This document shows, in pieces, positions 25,560-40,045 of a stretch of DNA of 64,000 nucleotides. The notes below the pieces were generated by a model. It was not told the origin of the DNA, made no database searches, and worked only from the letters and a program-made list of their open reading frames with translations. This stretch comes from Saccostrea cucullata. Taxonomy: Eukaryota. Numbering within the stretch: position 1 is the stretch's first letter; every line of letters begins with the position of its first letter. A program made the position numbers and the translations under genes. Where the stretch lies: contig NW_026936931.1 of the NCBI RefSeq assembly GCF_032062105.1, positions 1 through 64,000 of the forward strand, written 5' to 3'.

Positions 25560-26320
25560 ATTAGCACAAACTCACGCGCATGCAAAAATAGGCTGCACAT
25601 AAATTTCAATATCTCTTTTGTTTTTTAACACAAATGCTTTGAAATTTTAAACATAGTCATGAACTAGGATATTCTACAATATGATATAAAAAAAAATTCA
25701 AAAAATCACGATTGCATGCACGTGTGCTGCAATCTGATTGGCTTAAATTTTAAAAGGCTATATCTTCTTTGTTTTTTGATGAAATGAAAAATGAAATTTA
25801 AAAAATAGTCATACTTTAGAATATCAGCAATATGATGTCAAAAATATTTTCACGCGTGCACGTGTGCTGCAATCTGATTGGCTGAAACTTTAAAACGCTA
25901 TATCTTTTTTTGTTTTTTGATGAAATGATTTGAAATTTAAAACATAGTCATACTTTAGAATACCCTGCGATTTGATTTTTTAAAAAAAATCAAGAAATCA
26001 CGCGCATGCACGTGTGCTGCAATCTGATTGGCTGAAACTTTAAATGGCTACATCCCCTTTGTTTTTTTACGAAATGCTATGAAATTTAAAACATAGTTAT
26101 ACATTAGGATATTCTGCAATATGATATACAAAAAAATTCAAGAAATCACGCGCATGCAAGTATGCTGCAATCTGATTTGAAACTTGAAATGGCTATAACT
26201 CCCTTGTTTTTCAACCAAACAGGATGGGATTTAGAACATACATAAATATTAGGGACTCCTACAAGAAGGTATGGTCATCATGCACGTGAACGCACGTGCG
26301 TGCATTTGGAAATAGTGAAA
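25560..26320. repeat. ~140-150 bp tandem repeat (GCACGTGTGCTGCAATCTGATTGGC) inside a probable interspersed element
   Basis: Units at ~25721, 25861, 26011 and 26159, preceded by a (TTA)n microsatellite at ~25270. Confidence 0.7.
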
Positions 26321-27689
26321 TTAAAAATACACTTGAATGAGTGATTTTGAATATTTATGGACTGAATGCTTAATATATAGTATATCAAAATATAATGATA
26401 GATAGTGTAGACAAGATGATATGGTCATAACGCGCATGCATTCAAATGAGCACGGGTGCAATGCTAAAATTTGAATAATTGGTATCTTTCTGAGAAAACG
26501 TTGAAAGTAAAAAATGCACAGAATTTGTCGTATTTAATGAAGCTCACAGGGAATATGGCACCAAAAGTGAGTTGGGGAGCGTTTGGGGAACATCTGTAAC
26601 GGTTCCCGTTACAATTAGCACTAGTTTTGAATAGTATATCTTTTAAACACATACCTGCAAGTTATCTTCTAACTATTCACCAATTTCTTTACACACATGT
26701 AAAAAATTACATCGGCGAGGAGTATATTATGGCAGGCCGATTGGTTCAAAATTATTTTTGCACAACGATCACGAGCTAGATGAAAAATATTCACGAGTAA
26801 AATAAAAATAAAAATTGCACATAGTTTGAAAGTTTTTAACACAAACATAACGAAAAATACACGAATCCGAATTTTTTTACACGATTTAGGGGTATAATAT
26901 GCACAAACAAAAAATCTAAAATTGCACGAGCAGAGGAAACTAAAAATACACAAACAATACAACTGCGCATATCATTATTATGCACATAGAATATTCATCG
27001 TGTTCTTGTTTTTGTGTACTCTTTATCTCTGCAATCATGTATATTTAGCTGGATGTAATCGAGAATGGAAATTAAATGACGTTGACGATGGCATGTGCTT
27101 TACTTAGCTTTTTTATTTCTTTGCTAACCCTCAATCGATTTCTAGAGCTAATTATAATGTAAAATCGAACACATGAAGTGTTTCCTTGTGATTATATCTG
27201 AGAATACTTCATATATATTTTTTTTTCAATATATTATGTTTTCTTGCTATTGACCGAGATCCTAACTAATATAGGGTGGTATTATTTGATTACAAAAATT
27301 GTGACAAAAAGGAATCGTATAATGCGAGGTAAAAAAAAAAACCAAACAAACAACAACATTGCATATGATGCTCTCGACTCCAAACTAAAAGTACATGAAC
27401 CAAACGATAAACAGTGCGGTTAAGGTCTTCAATCCCTAATAGGAAGAAATTCAATGAAATTGAAGACATAACAGATATTTAGGCATTGAATAACAGGTTT
27501 TTAACATACTTAATTTAAAATATTAGTATGTTTAGTGGGATGTGTCTTAATTCATGACCTTGAATTTTGGTAAAATATCTCCCCTTTTTTAATTAATAAA
27601 AAATCAATTAAGAAAAATTAGCTGGTAAAAAAATTGTTTTTAATTATCATTTTATTTGTAATATTTCAATGTTCAGTGCACGATGTTTT

Positions 27690-28890
27690 TTCGATATTGT
27701 CGACATCGCTGTAAAAATACCAGTCATACTAATATCATAACATACTTAAAATGACAATAATTCCTTTGTTTATCTCTCTCTATATATATATTACATGGTA
27801 TAACAATATAACGTCAACATTTTGTTAACATTGCCTTCCCCCTTTTCTGTTGTTTACATTGTTCACATCGTGGACATCGCAATGTTGGTCGATATGGAGT
27901 CGACATCGTGTCAATTAACATTGCCCTTCTTATTTTTCTTGTTTACATCGTTTACATCGTCGACATCGCAATGTTGGTCGATATTGAGTCGACGTTGTGT
28001 CAACATTGTGTCTTATTATTCTTGTTTACATTGTTCACATCGTCAACATCGCAATGTTATCGATAACAATATCGACATTGTGTCAACATTGCCCCTCTTA
28101 TTATTCTTGTTTACATCGTTCACATCGTCGACATCGCAATGTTGGTCGATATCGAGTCGACATTGTGTCAACATTGCCCTTCTAATTTTTCTTGTTTACA
28201 TCGTTCACATCGTCGACATCGCAATGTTGGTCGATATCGAGTCGACATCGTGTCAACATTGCCCAAAATCTTGTTTACATTGTCCACAACGTCAACATCG
28301 CTCTGTTGTTGAACTGGTAATTGAATTGATGTTGTGTAAACATTGCATTATTATCATTTTTTGTTTATATACTTAGTATCCGTGTTTGCCTATATCGAGT
28401 CGTCATCAAGTCATCATTATTTTTTTTTTTTTTGGTCTTTTTTGTAAAATCGTTGACAATACATTTAACGCATAAAATCAATTAAGTTCAATTCATATTG
28501 ATAAGGCAATACTAATATAATCTGTTTACTTTTTACACAATGTCACCAGGGCAATCTTTGACTCTTATGAGTCCACATCAGGTGTACATCAAGTATGAAT
28601 TTAAGCATGTCTCTTACATTGAACTAAAAAACCTGATTTCCAACCTTAATTGAAAACAGTGTTTGTCATCTCTACAGTACATGCGAAATAATTTAAACAT
28701 TAATTACATCGGGTTGTCAATATATAATGTAGAAATAAAAGCAATGTAGACAATGTAAACGCGATATCGTATCAACATTGTTTACATTGCGATGTCAACG
28801 ATGTCGTCATGTAGAAAAAATAACAATGTAGACGATGTAAACGCGATATCGTATCGACATTGTTTACATTGCGATGTCGACAATATCGAA
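27690..28890. mobile_element. Element bounded by inverted repeats, with internal ~85-bp GTCGACATCGCAATG tandem repeats
   Basis: 20-bp IR TTCGATATTGTCGACATCGC / GCGATGTCGACAATATCGAA, and about six internal units in 27850-28300. Confidence 0.65.
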
Positions 28891-31800
28891 TTGATTAAGG
28901 GAACTGGACATGAATGCATCTTTCCACCACAGAATTTATTGATATTCAAATTATCTGAATTTTTATTTTGAAAAAACGCTTTTCCCCATAGACTTCAATG
29001 CAATCTTTGTTAATTAACTACTGCTTAATTAATGAACTTTTTGAAAATTTCTCGTGGGCAATCCTTTTCCACTATAAAATGCTTTAATATAAGATCAGAG
29101 TATTGTGTACTTGACGAACATTTAAGGTTAGAGAATTTGGTACCATAAGGGATTGAAATCCTTAAATAGGACCTTGATTTTCTAAAAAAAAAATTGTTAG
29201 AATTATTCCTCATAATTTAATTCCAGTGTAGACAATGAGACAATATTTCCACCGGAAAAAGACTTCAAATTGAGCATTATTTTAAAAGTAACGTCAAGCG
29301 GTGTAACACGTTTTTGACGTAACTCATTGTGACGTAGGCAATTTATATTATCCAAAATATTATATGTTCCTCTGAATGATTCAGCCAATGAAACTGCTTG
29401 ATACAAGTGACATTAAATTATAGGGAAATAACTCAAAACCGGAAGTGACTTTTCGAAATTTTAGATAGCATTCTGATAGAGTTTAGTAACATCTATCAAC
29501 TCAGAAAATTTGAGCAAAATCCATCGAGAAATGAGTAAAATATGAGGCCTCAAAGTTGGCGTCTAGGAAAAGGAAAAAAAAAAAATCTTAATCACCAGAA
29601 TCAGTAGAAGGGAATTACAAGATCTTTAAATGATATCTCGAAAAAAGGGCTGGCCCCTAAATTAAGGGATCTTGAGGGGCCAGAAGTGTTTTCCAGATAT
29701 CTCAAGAAGTATTGAGAATTTGTAATACATCCAAGAAGCAATGTTGTTTAAAATGTCAAGCTTACTCTAATGAGGTCGTCAAAATGCGTCCGGCGACGTC
29801 ACTTACCAAAGAAGTAGTCAGAAAATGCATATTTTTGCTGTTCTTGACAAGTTTTTGGGTAACATATATCACAGGAAGCACAAAACTTAATTTTCCGTCC
29901 ATCGACATCAAAATAGCCAAAAATAGCTTATTTTTTAAGGTTTTGATGCAAAATTGAAATTATAAAGTGACTGGAGACGACTAAGCTCATTCTTTCTTTT
30001 TGCTGACGTCACTTCCGGTCAAAACAGGACGGAAGACCTTCTCGTTGCTTTGCAACGAGCTTTGCTCTAGTTTTTTTTTAATTTAAATAAACTCTCTATA
30101 GCTTTTGAAAATGTATAATTTATAGATACAATTTTAACGGAAATTACTTGTATAAACATAAAATTAACACTAATGTCTTGCATAATCACACGATTAATTA
30201 AGTTGATTATTCATGAAATTGGTAGAGTTATTGCTGATTATAATCATACATGTAAAGCTGTAGAATTAATTTTTGCACTCTTCATTAATTTGTACCTATT
30301 TTATTTCCTTTACCACTCGGAATAGGAAATTATATATATACCTTTTTTCATTTTATTGGATATATATTTTTTAACTAAAAAAAAATTGGTATTACCTTAG
30401 ATGTATACAGCATGTATTTAGATCTAAGTCAAACATAAAAATTTTATTCTAATAAAACATGTATTCATACTTATAAAATATCAGGATGTCAGTTTTGCTT
30501 GGAAATCTTTAGCATACTTTGTTCTGAATTCCTTCCATGAAATCTCATATTTTCAATATAAGCTACTCAATAAAAACAAGACATTTCTTGTAAGCGCTAC
30601 CCTCATTCGTAATGGCGATTACATGATAAATGTTTTCATTTTAATAAAAAGGACCAGATAAAAGGAGAATATATATACTCTATGTGCTTTATGTGCTTTA
30701 TGTACATGCGCTTTTGTGTTTTGTTACTTTTAAAACATTGTGATTTACTATGTACATCTATGCTTACAATGTTACAAATAGGAAGCAATAAAAAAAAAAT
30801 TAGAATGGATACAGCAGTGTAATAGAACGTGTTTTATCACTCTTGAAAAATGCAAATAATTTATGTCCTTTACGGAGCTCTATGGGTAGCAACTATTTTC
30901 CAAGACAACAAATTCTGTTTATATTTCAAATTCGAATTTGAATTTTCTTCCACACTCACTGGAGAAGTTTATGATGTTATAAATACACTTAAATATTCTG
31001 AAGTATCATTTATCTACTGTATATGAAATGTTATATCATGTATATAATGTTCATTGATTTTTGTTTCCAACTTAAGTTTCTTTAATTCTATAAATGTTTT
31101 TTTAAAGGACATTTTATTTTTTCAGGACCCTCTTAACACTAATGATAAACGTTTGTTGGCAATTGAGAAAATTAAATCTTGTGTACTGTAGGAAAAAGAA
31201 TCTTGAGATTTGTTTTCAAAACAGATGCATAAAAAGCTACATGTAGAGTATTTAACACATGAAAAATGTTTAAAGACAGAAATTTTATCATCAGTCAAAA
31301 TCAATTTTTTGCTTACTTGAAATATGAAAATGCAAATTAAGTGATCGATAATTTTATTTTGATTTAATTAATGTACATGTTTGAATTGTTATGAAAATAA
31401 GTAATAAGCTATAGGGCTAAACAGTATTGCTGCATAATCAAAATTTTATAGTGTTTTGTATTGTCTTGAAGTTCATAAGTTTATGGAACCAACTTGCACA
31501 ACTAATATGACACTAATCGGGGTACAGGTTACCAATGAAATATGTTTGTATTACTAGTTATATACAGTAGTAATACAGCAATACAGACCTGCAATGTGAT
31601 TTTACTTTTCAAATTATTAAATGATTTTGCCTATATGAAACTTTTTATTTGTTCATAATATTAATAAATGATGTGAAGTTAGTCTCTGTGAACTCTGAAT
31701 ATCAGTAGTGTCTTGTTTCATTTGCTCAAAGGAATGTACACTTGATGAATATGGTGTCTCTCATATTTAAAATGGGCTTAATATGCATAAGAGTACTTCA

Positions 31801-32000
31801 TAATGGAATGGACTTTAAAGTGAAATAATGCTGCAATTAGCTTCATGTAACATTAAATAAAAAGTGAGCATAATACATGAAACTTCAAACAAAATCATTT
31901 CATGTATATTAAAATAATTGTCATGAAAACATGAAATAAAAGAAGTGTATTTTATGTGAAATTCCACATAAAATCTTAAACTTGATATATAAAAAATATT

Positions 32001-34842
32001 AACAAGAGGCCCACGGGCCTTATAGGTCACCTGAGCATTATGCAACAACTTTCCAGTTATTGAATTTGATTCATGTTTTAAGCCAGATGCTATATGACAT
32101 TCACAATTTTGAAAGAAGCACCATTGATCATCATACGAGGGTTGATCCAAAATGTCACAACTTCGATAAAATTGCTACCCGTCGACGTAAAATAACAAAA
32201 ATAACAATGATGGAATCTACATTTATTTAAAACTGGACCTGAAAATTTCAATTCAACATGATTTATACTTTTCAAAATATCGGATTTTATACAACGTGCG
32301 ATTATGGTAGTCGCTGCACCTAAATAACGTCATATGACAGATACGCGCCGTCATACATTTAAACGCTTCATATCGTTTCATTAAAAACATTTGAGATCCA
32401 CGAACACGTTCACGAATTTCACTTTCTTAAAGAAAACTTTGTACCCATCGTATACTCAATCTTCCCATAATCAATTCTTCTGTCAAAGTTCTTTGAACAG
32501 TTAAATAATACCATCTTAAAATTTCACATATCGCTCTAATCGTCTGTCTTTTTTGAGAACGTCACACACCATTGAACATATCCGTCTGTCCTCCCATCTT
32601 TCGGTCCTCTTGTCATCTGCTTAGCATTAATGACCCACCATCCACCCAAAATCGCTGAAACCATCTAATCAAGGCTCTTATTTATATTCTTTCCTCTGTG
32701 AGTCTGGTGAATCAACGTAACTGTCTGCAGTACTGGCGATTTCTCCATTTTTAAGCGAAATGCATTCCAGTTTGTTCTGGCTTTTTTGTCCATTTCGACA
32801 TTTCCTTTTTCAATGCACCGGAGTAAAACAACGATGTTTTTGATTACAACATAGCAATTGTCAAATAATTTTCAACTTAAGACTAGAAAATAATTTAAAT
32901 TTTTGTCTTTTAGAATATTTTCTGACAAAGTGCTTTTAAAGATGCTTTTAAATGTGTTTGGCTTTTCTGTTCTTAAAAAAATACACTTTAATTTTTGACG
33001 TTCGGTTGTGACGCGGCGACACCCCCTATGGTCTATGTTTTAAACACCTATAAAATAAATTCAGTTAAACATTATTGAATGAAAATGTCAAGTTTAATTA
33101 GAATTATATTTGTGCATCTTTTGGTATATCATATTTGATTATATTGCGCCAAATATAAAAGATATGGACACTGTGACATTACTTTCGGATCAACCCTCGT
33201 AACAATACACTTAGCAGTTGCTTAGCTTGGTTACTGAATACCCATACACAGGGTAGGGGAACAAAAATGCATTCGAACTAATCAGTAGTGCCCCTAACAC
33301 TGTGACAAAAACCTCTGACCCTAGGTCCACACATTGCACACATTTTAAAAATGCACCCTTAATATCAAAATATAAATAAATGTTTTATGAATACAAAAGA
33401 GCAGATTTCAAACAATAAATTCATTTTCAGTATATAAGTAGAGCCGCCACCCCACCCCTGACCCTGGGGCCTTGAAATTTACAAGTCTGCAAGATAAGGG
33501 CCCTTGCTCATCATAACTATAAAGGTAGTTCATCTGCTTTATAACCAGAGACAGAGAAAAAATTTTCAAGATTTAATGTATTTTCACTATATAATCAATC
33601 GAGCCCCGCCCCCTAACACCAGAACCCCTGACCCTGGGGACATAAAATTCATAATTTTAAAAGAGGCATTCTTGCTCATCATAACTATGTACTTAGTTTA
33701 TTTAACACCTAGGAGCAGAGGAGAAGATTTTCAAAGAATTCATGTATTTTTACTATATAATCTATAGAGCCCCGCCCTAACACCAGAAGCCTTGACCCTG
33801 GGGCCATAAAATTCACAATTTTGGTTGAGGCACTCTTGCTCATCATAACTATGCACTTAGTTAGTTTATTTAATACCTACGAGCAGAGAAGAAGATTTTC
33901 AAAGATTCATGTATTTTTACTATATAATCTATACAACACAGCTCTAACACCAGAACCCTGGGGCCATAAAATTCACAATTTTGGTTGAGGCACTCTTGCT
34001 CATCATAACTATGCACTTAATTAGTTTATTCAATACCTAGGAGCAGAGTAGAAGATTTTCAAAGAATTCATGTATTTCCACTATATAATCAATAGAACCC
34101 ACCCCCCAACACCAGAACCCTTGACCCTGAGGCCATAAAATTCACAATTTTGGTTGAGGCACTCTTGCTCATCATAACTATGCTCTTAGTTAGTTTATTC
34201 AATACCTAGGAGCAGAGTAGAAGATTTTCAAAGAATTCATGTATTTCCACTATATAATCAATAGAACCCCCCCCCCCTAACACCAGAACCTTGACCCTGG
34301 GGCCATAAAATTCACAATTTTGGTATAGGCACTCTTGCTCATCATAACTATGCACTTATTTAGTGTATTTGATATCCAGGGGCAGAGAAGAAGATTTTCA
34401 AAGAAATCATGTATTTTCACTATATATAATCAATAGAGCCCAGCCCTAACAGCAGAACCCCTAACCCTGGGGCCATAAAATTCACAATTTTTGTAGAGGC
34501 ACTCTTGCTCATCATAAATATGTACTTAGTTCATTTATTTAATACTCAGGAGTAGAGAAGAAGATTTTCAAAGAAACAATGCATTTTCACTATATAATCT
34601 ATTTAGCCCCGCCCTAGCACTAGAACCTCTGACCCCAGGGCCATGAATTTCACAATTTTGGTAGAGGACTCAATGCTGTTTACAATCATGCAAACAGTTT
34701 GACTGCTTGATGTCCAGGAGTAAAGAAGAAGATTTTTAAAGATTGCATTAATTTTAGTGGTTTTGGCCCCACCCCTCAGGCCCCGGGGGGGGGGGGGGGC
34801 AGGGATCATGAAATTCACAATTTTTGTTCCCCTTCCCCCATA

Positions 34843-34873
<31 letters not shown>

Positions 34874-34995
34874 TTCAGACAAATTGCAGAGAAGAAGCTG
34901 AAAATGTTCAAATGTTAACACACGACGGACGACGAACGACGACGGACGAAAACGGATAGCAATAGGTCACCTGAGTTTACTCAGGTGACCTAAAA
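32001..34995 (-). mobile_element. HINE (Helentron-associated element) with ~166-bp satellite array and a nested mariner relic
   Basis: End AACAAGAGGCCCACGGGCCTTATAGGTCACCTGAG, array ~33560-34900, (GAC)n microsatellite, and hairpin TAGGTCACCTGAG-TTTA-CTCAGGTGACCTAAAA. Confidence 0.85.
32136..33199 (-). mobile_element. Mariner-derived non-autonomous element, both TIRs present
   Basis: TA|CGAGGGTTGATCCAAAA ... TTTCGGATCAACCCTCG|TA. Decayed RWV- and GR-type transposase remnants on the minus strand. Confidence 0.8.
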
Positions 34996-35641
34996 AGTGA
35001 AACAAAATAATAAATTTATACATGAAACTCCACATAAAATATTAAGTTTGATGTATAAAACTATAATATGTCGAAAAAGTGAAATAAAATAGTTAATTAT
35101 ATGTGATATTCCACTTAAAATCCTAAACTTGGTGTATAAATATATTAAATGTCATGAATAAGTGAAATAAAATAATAAATTTATACATGAAACTCAACAT
35201 AAAATATTAAGCTTGGTGTATAAAAAGATTTTTATGTTATCTATAATTAAAATTTAATTGAAGTTTAATTCCCATTTAATTTAGGAGTTTGCAAAAAATT
35301 TTACTCCTAAGTAAATCCCAAATCCATATTAAATTCGTATTTTATGTCTAAATTTGATGATTAATTGGGTTATAAATGGAACTTAATTTTGAATTTAACG
35401 CAACTTTTCGTGCAGTGTTAACGAGACAAAGTGTTCATATCCCTTTCTATACATGTAACAGAATACACTCATGTCTTTTGACAACATCAGACACTGGTTA
35501 TTCCTATACGTTTCCGTCCGTCTTCTCATCTTTTGGCCTTCCTTTCCTCGTAATCATTCAATGGCCCATTAAACCCTCACAAAAAGCGCTGAAACCAGCT
35601 ATAAACAAGCTTTTTTTAAGCATTCTTTTCACTAAAGTCTG

Positions 35642-36289
35642 AACAGGAGGCCCATGGGCCACGTCGCTCACCTGAGAAGCTAACCATTCTGTTTCCTCCT
35701 TTTAATACATATTGCAACCTCACCTTAGCCCACTGATCATAATTAAGACATTTTGAAATCTACACTATCCCAGGATGCTTCCATGTGCACATAAGTTTCA
35801 GCTTTTCTGGCCCAGTGGTTCTTGAGAAGAAGATTTTCAAAGATTTTCCTATATAATTCTATGTAAAACTTTGATTCCCCATTGTGGTCCCGCCCTACCA
35901 CCTGGGGTCATGATCTGAACAATTTAGTATCTACACTACCCCAGGATGCTTCCACAAAAGTTTCAGCTTTTCTGGCCCAGTGGTTCTTGAGAAGAAGATT
36001 TTCAAAAAATTTTCCTATATATTTCTATGTAAAACTTTGATTCCCCATTGTGGCCCCGCCCTACCCCCTGGGGTCATGATTTGAACAATTTAGAATCTAC
36101 ACTACCCCAGTATGCTTCCATCTAAGCGTCAGCTCTTCTGGCCCAGTGGTTCTTGAGAAGAAGACTTTTGAATGATTCCACCCTATTTTTGTTTTTCTTG
36201 ATTATCTCCCCTTGTGAGGGGATTTGGCCCTTCATTTTAACAATTTAAATTTGCTTTCACCCACGGATGCTTTGTACCAAGTTTGGTTA

Positions 36290-36326
<37 letters not shown>

Positions 36327-36376
36327 GTGAAAAGTTTACAGGCGGACAGACGGACGGACGGACGACGGACAAAATG

Positions 36377-36412
<36 letters not shown>

Positions 36413-36421
36413 AAGCTAAAA
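35642..36421 (-). mobile_element. HINE with three ~167-bp Cg170-like satellite units
   Basis: AACAGGAGGCCCATGGGCC end, units containing TTTCAGCTTTTCTGGCCCAGTGGTTCTTGAGAAGAAGA, (GACG)n, and an AGCTCACTTGAGCC-TTC-GGCTCAGGTAAGCT hairpin. Inserted into a mariner relic. Confidence 0.8.
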
Positions 36422-36719
36422 GCCAATGTAAATTTCCCTACCCATAATTTCCCCATTTGAAGTAAAAATGCAAAAGTATTGCAGCTCATTGCGACCACCG
36501 CCACCGCCTTTTTTACACGTCCTTTGTTCAATGCATCTATAGTAAAACAGAATTGTTTATAATCAAAAATAGAAATGATGTCATTTGATTTTTAACTAAT
36601 CATTAAAAAATGACGTAAATTTTGTCTTAAAAAATGATTGGCCGATTAGGCACATTCTTAGATATTATCATTGTGTTTGTCTCTTACATTCTACAAAAAA
36701 AATATTTAAATATACCACA

Positions 36720-37928
36720 CATGAATCCCTGACCCTTAGGCCTAGATCCACACATTGCACAATTTTTGAAAAGGCATCCTTGCTTTTATAAAATATCTAA
36801 TTAATACCAAAAAGCAGATTTCAAACCATTCATTTTCAGTCTATAAGTACAGCCCCCCCCCCTCCCCCTCTATGGTACCCTCACGCTGGGGCCTTGAAAT
36901 TCACAATTCTGGAAGATTAGGGCCCTTGTTCATAACTATAGAGGTAGTTTATCTGCTTAATACCCAGGAGCAGAGAAGAAAATTTTCAGAGAATTCACGT
37001 ATTTTCACTATATAATCAATAAAGCCTCGCCCTAACACTAGAAACCCTGACCCTGGGGCCCTAAAATTCACAATTTTGGTAGAGGCACTCTTGCTCATCA
37101 TAATTATGCACTTAATTAGTCTATATAATACCTAGGAGCAGAGAAGAAGATTTTCAAAGAATTCATGTATCTTCACTATATAATCAATAGAGCCCGCCCT
37201 AACATCAGAACCCCTGACCCTGGGGCCCTAAAATTCACAATTGTGGTAGAGGCACTCTTGCTCATCATAACTATGCACTTGGTTAGTTTATTTAATATGT
37301 AGGAGCAGAGAAAAAGATTTTCAAAGAATTCATGTACTTTCACTATATTATCAATAGAGCCCGGCCCTAACACTTGAACCCCTGACCCTGGGGCCATAAA
37401 ATTCAAAAATTTGGTAGAGGCACTCTTGCTCATCATAACTATGCACTTAGTTAATCTATATAATACCTAGGAGCAGAGAAGAAGATTTTCAAAGAATTCA
37501 TGTATTTTCACTATATAATCAATAGTCTAAGAGTCCCGCCCTTACACCCCTGAACCTGGGGCCATAAAATTCACAATTTTTGTAGAGGCATTCTTACTCA
37601 TCATAACTATGTACTTAGTTGGTTTATTAAATACCCAGGAGCAGAGAAGAAAATTTTCAAAGAAATAATGCTTTTTCACTACATGTATATACTTATTTAG
37701 CCACACCCTAGAACTAGAACCCCTGACTCCAGGGCCATGAATTTCACAATTTTGGTAGAGGACTAAATGTTGATTACAATCATGCAAACAGTTTGATTGC
37801 TTGATATCCAGGAGTACAGAAGAGGATTTTTAAAGATTGCATTAATTTTAGTGGTTTTGGCTCCACCCCTCAGGCCCGAGGGGGGCAGGGATCATGAAAT
37901 TCATAATTTTTGTTTTCCTTCAGCCATA

Positions 37929-37959
<31 letters not shown>

Positions 37960-38066
37960 TTCAGTGGTTGCAAAGAAGAGGCTGAAAATGTTCAAATGTT
38001 AATGCACGACGCACAGCACACGACGACGGACGAAAACGGATAGCAATAGGTCACCTGAGTAACCCA
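36720..38066 (-). mobile_element. Truncated HINE with ~166-bp array
   Basis: Same array and terminal block as 32001-34995; its hairpin is cut by the next copy. Confidence 0.75.
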
Positions 38067-38752
38067 AACAAGAGGCCCACGGGCCTTATAGGTCACCTGA
38101 GTATTGTGTAACAACTTTCAAACAATTAAATTTGGTTCGTGTTTTAAACCAGAGGCCATGAAATTCACAATTTTGAAAGAGACACCATTGCTTATCATAA
38201 TTAAAAATACTCTACTTACTCAATACCCAGATGTAGATCAGAGTTACAAAGAGAAAATGTTCTTCCACTTTATAACCAGTTGTGCATCTCACCCAAAAAG
38301 AACCACTGACCTTGGGGCCACATATTTCAAAATTTTGCAAATTTTATCATAAAACGCCTTATGGTTGATTAATACCAAAGAGCAGGTTTCAAAGCATTAA
38401 TTTATTTTCAGATTATGTACCCCCCCCCCCCTCGGGGCATAAAAAAAACCCATTTTGCTAGATGCACCTTTCTTCATCATAAATATATATACTTGGATCA
38501 TTGGCATAAAATTCACAATTATGGAAAAGGCACTCTTGCTTTTCATAACTATATGCTTAATTAGTTTATTTAATACTCAGAAGCAGATAAGAAGATTTTC
38601 AAAGAATAAATGCATTTTCACTATATAATCTACAGAGCCCCGCCCTAACACCAGAACCCCTGACCCTGGGGCCATAAAATTCACAAATCTGGAAGAGGCA
38701 CTCTTGCTCATCATAACTATGTACTTAGTTAGTTTATTTAATAGCCAGAAGC

Positions 38753-38786
<34 letters not shown>

Positions 38787-39087
38787 CACTATATAATCTA
38801 CAGAGCCCCGCCCTACTACCAGAACCCTGACCCTGGGGCCATAAAATTCACAAATCTGGAAGAGGCACTCTTGCTCATCATAACTATGTACTTAGTTAGT
38901 TTATTTAATAGCCAGAAGCAGAGAAGAAGATTTTCAAAGAATAAATGCATTTTCACTATATAATCTATAGAGCCCCGCCCTAACACCAGAACCCCTGACC
39001 CTGGGGCCATAAAATTCACAAATCTGGAAGAGGCACTCTTGCTCATCATAACTATGTACTTAGTTAGTTTATTTAATAGCCAGGAGC

Positions 39088-39121
<34 letters not shown>

Positions 39122-39540
39122 CACTATACAATCTATATAGCCCCGCCCTAGCACTAGAACCCCTGACCCTGGGGCCATGAATTTCACAATTTTGGTAGAG
39201 GACTCAATGCTTATTACATTCATGCTAACAGTTTGCCTGCTCGATGTCCATGAGTAAAGAAGAAGATTTTTAAAGATTGCAATAATTTTAGTGGTTTTGG
39301 CCCCACCCCTCAGGCCCCAGGGGGGCGGGGACCATGAAATTCACAATTTTTGTTCCCCTTCACCCATAGATGCTGTATACCAAATTTGGTTGAAATTGGT
39401 TCAGTGGTTTCAGAAAAGAAGCTGAAAATGTTCAAATGTTAACACACGACACACGACGCACGACACACGACGCACGACGCACGACGACGGACGAAAACGG
39501 ATAGCAATAGGTCACCTGAGTTACTCAGGTGACCTAAAAA
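38067..39540 (-). mobile_element. Complete HINE with ~166-bp array
   Basis: AACAAGAGGCCCACGGGCC ... (GACGCAC)n ... TAGGTCACCTGAGTTACTCAGGTGACCTAAAA. Confidence 0.85.
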
Positions 39541-39619
39541 TAGGGACAATGTGACATTACTTTTGGATCAATCATCATACATATACTAGTAGGATATTCT
39601 TGGTACATTTACATGATAT

Positions 39620-40017
39620 GTTGAAAAGTACAGATGATGCATCTATCTAATTTGGCTTTCTTGCAGAATTGTAAACTTGTTGGGATTGATTATCGGAAAC
39701 AAATTCAGCACTCGACTGTCTGTGGTTTTTTGTTGTCTAATTTTGTAGTACAAATATCCAAATAGGCACTACACAATGACACATAAAGATGTGCCAGGGA
39801 GTAAGGGAAGATCACTGAAATACTGTTATAATCCAACATTGAATCTATGGCATATGTACAACTTTGCTTGTGTTCGCCATGCCCATTCGGTAAACCATAA
39901 TAGATGCAACAACAGCTTTAAAAAAAGATGAATACTTGATATAAGAAAACTTTAATTCTATAACAGGTACACATCATTAAAATTTTTTTACAAACATTAC
40001 TTTATGACTGGAATTGA
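39620..40017 (-). pseudogene. Third tetraspan paralog fragment (exon 5 plus part of intron 4)
   Basis: Homologous to 5056-5470. Deletions and an early stop after ...MGMANTSKVVHMP*. Homology breaks off abruptly at ~40017. Confidence 0.8.
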
Positions 40018-40045
40018 TAAGCCTTCATTTTGTAAATTTGGCATT

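Noticed and set aside
27822-28376. 184-aa ORF
   Set aside because: It lies entirely in an ~85-bp tandem repeat, starts at TTG and has no recognisable domain.
33500-39300. Repeated ORFs (FMAPGSGVLVLGRG) and CRISPR-like periodicity
   Set aside because: These are satellite monomers with no unique spacers and no cas genes, in a eukaryotic context.
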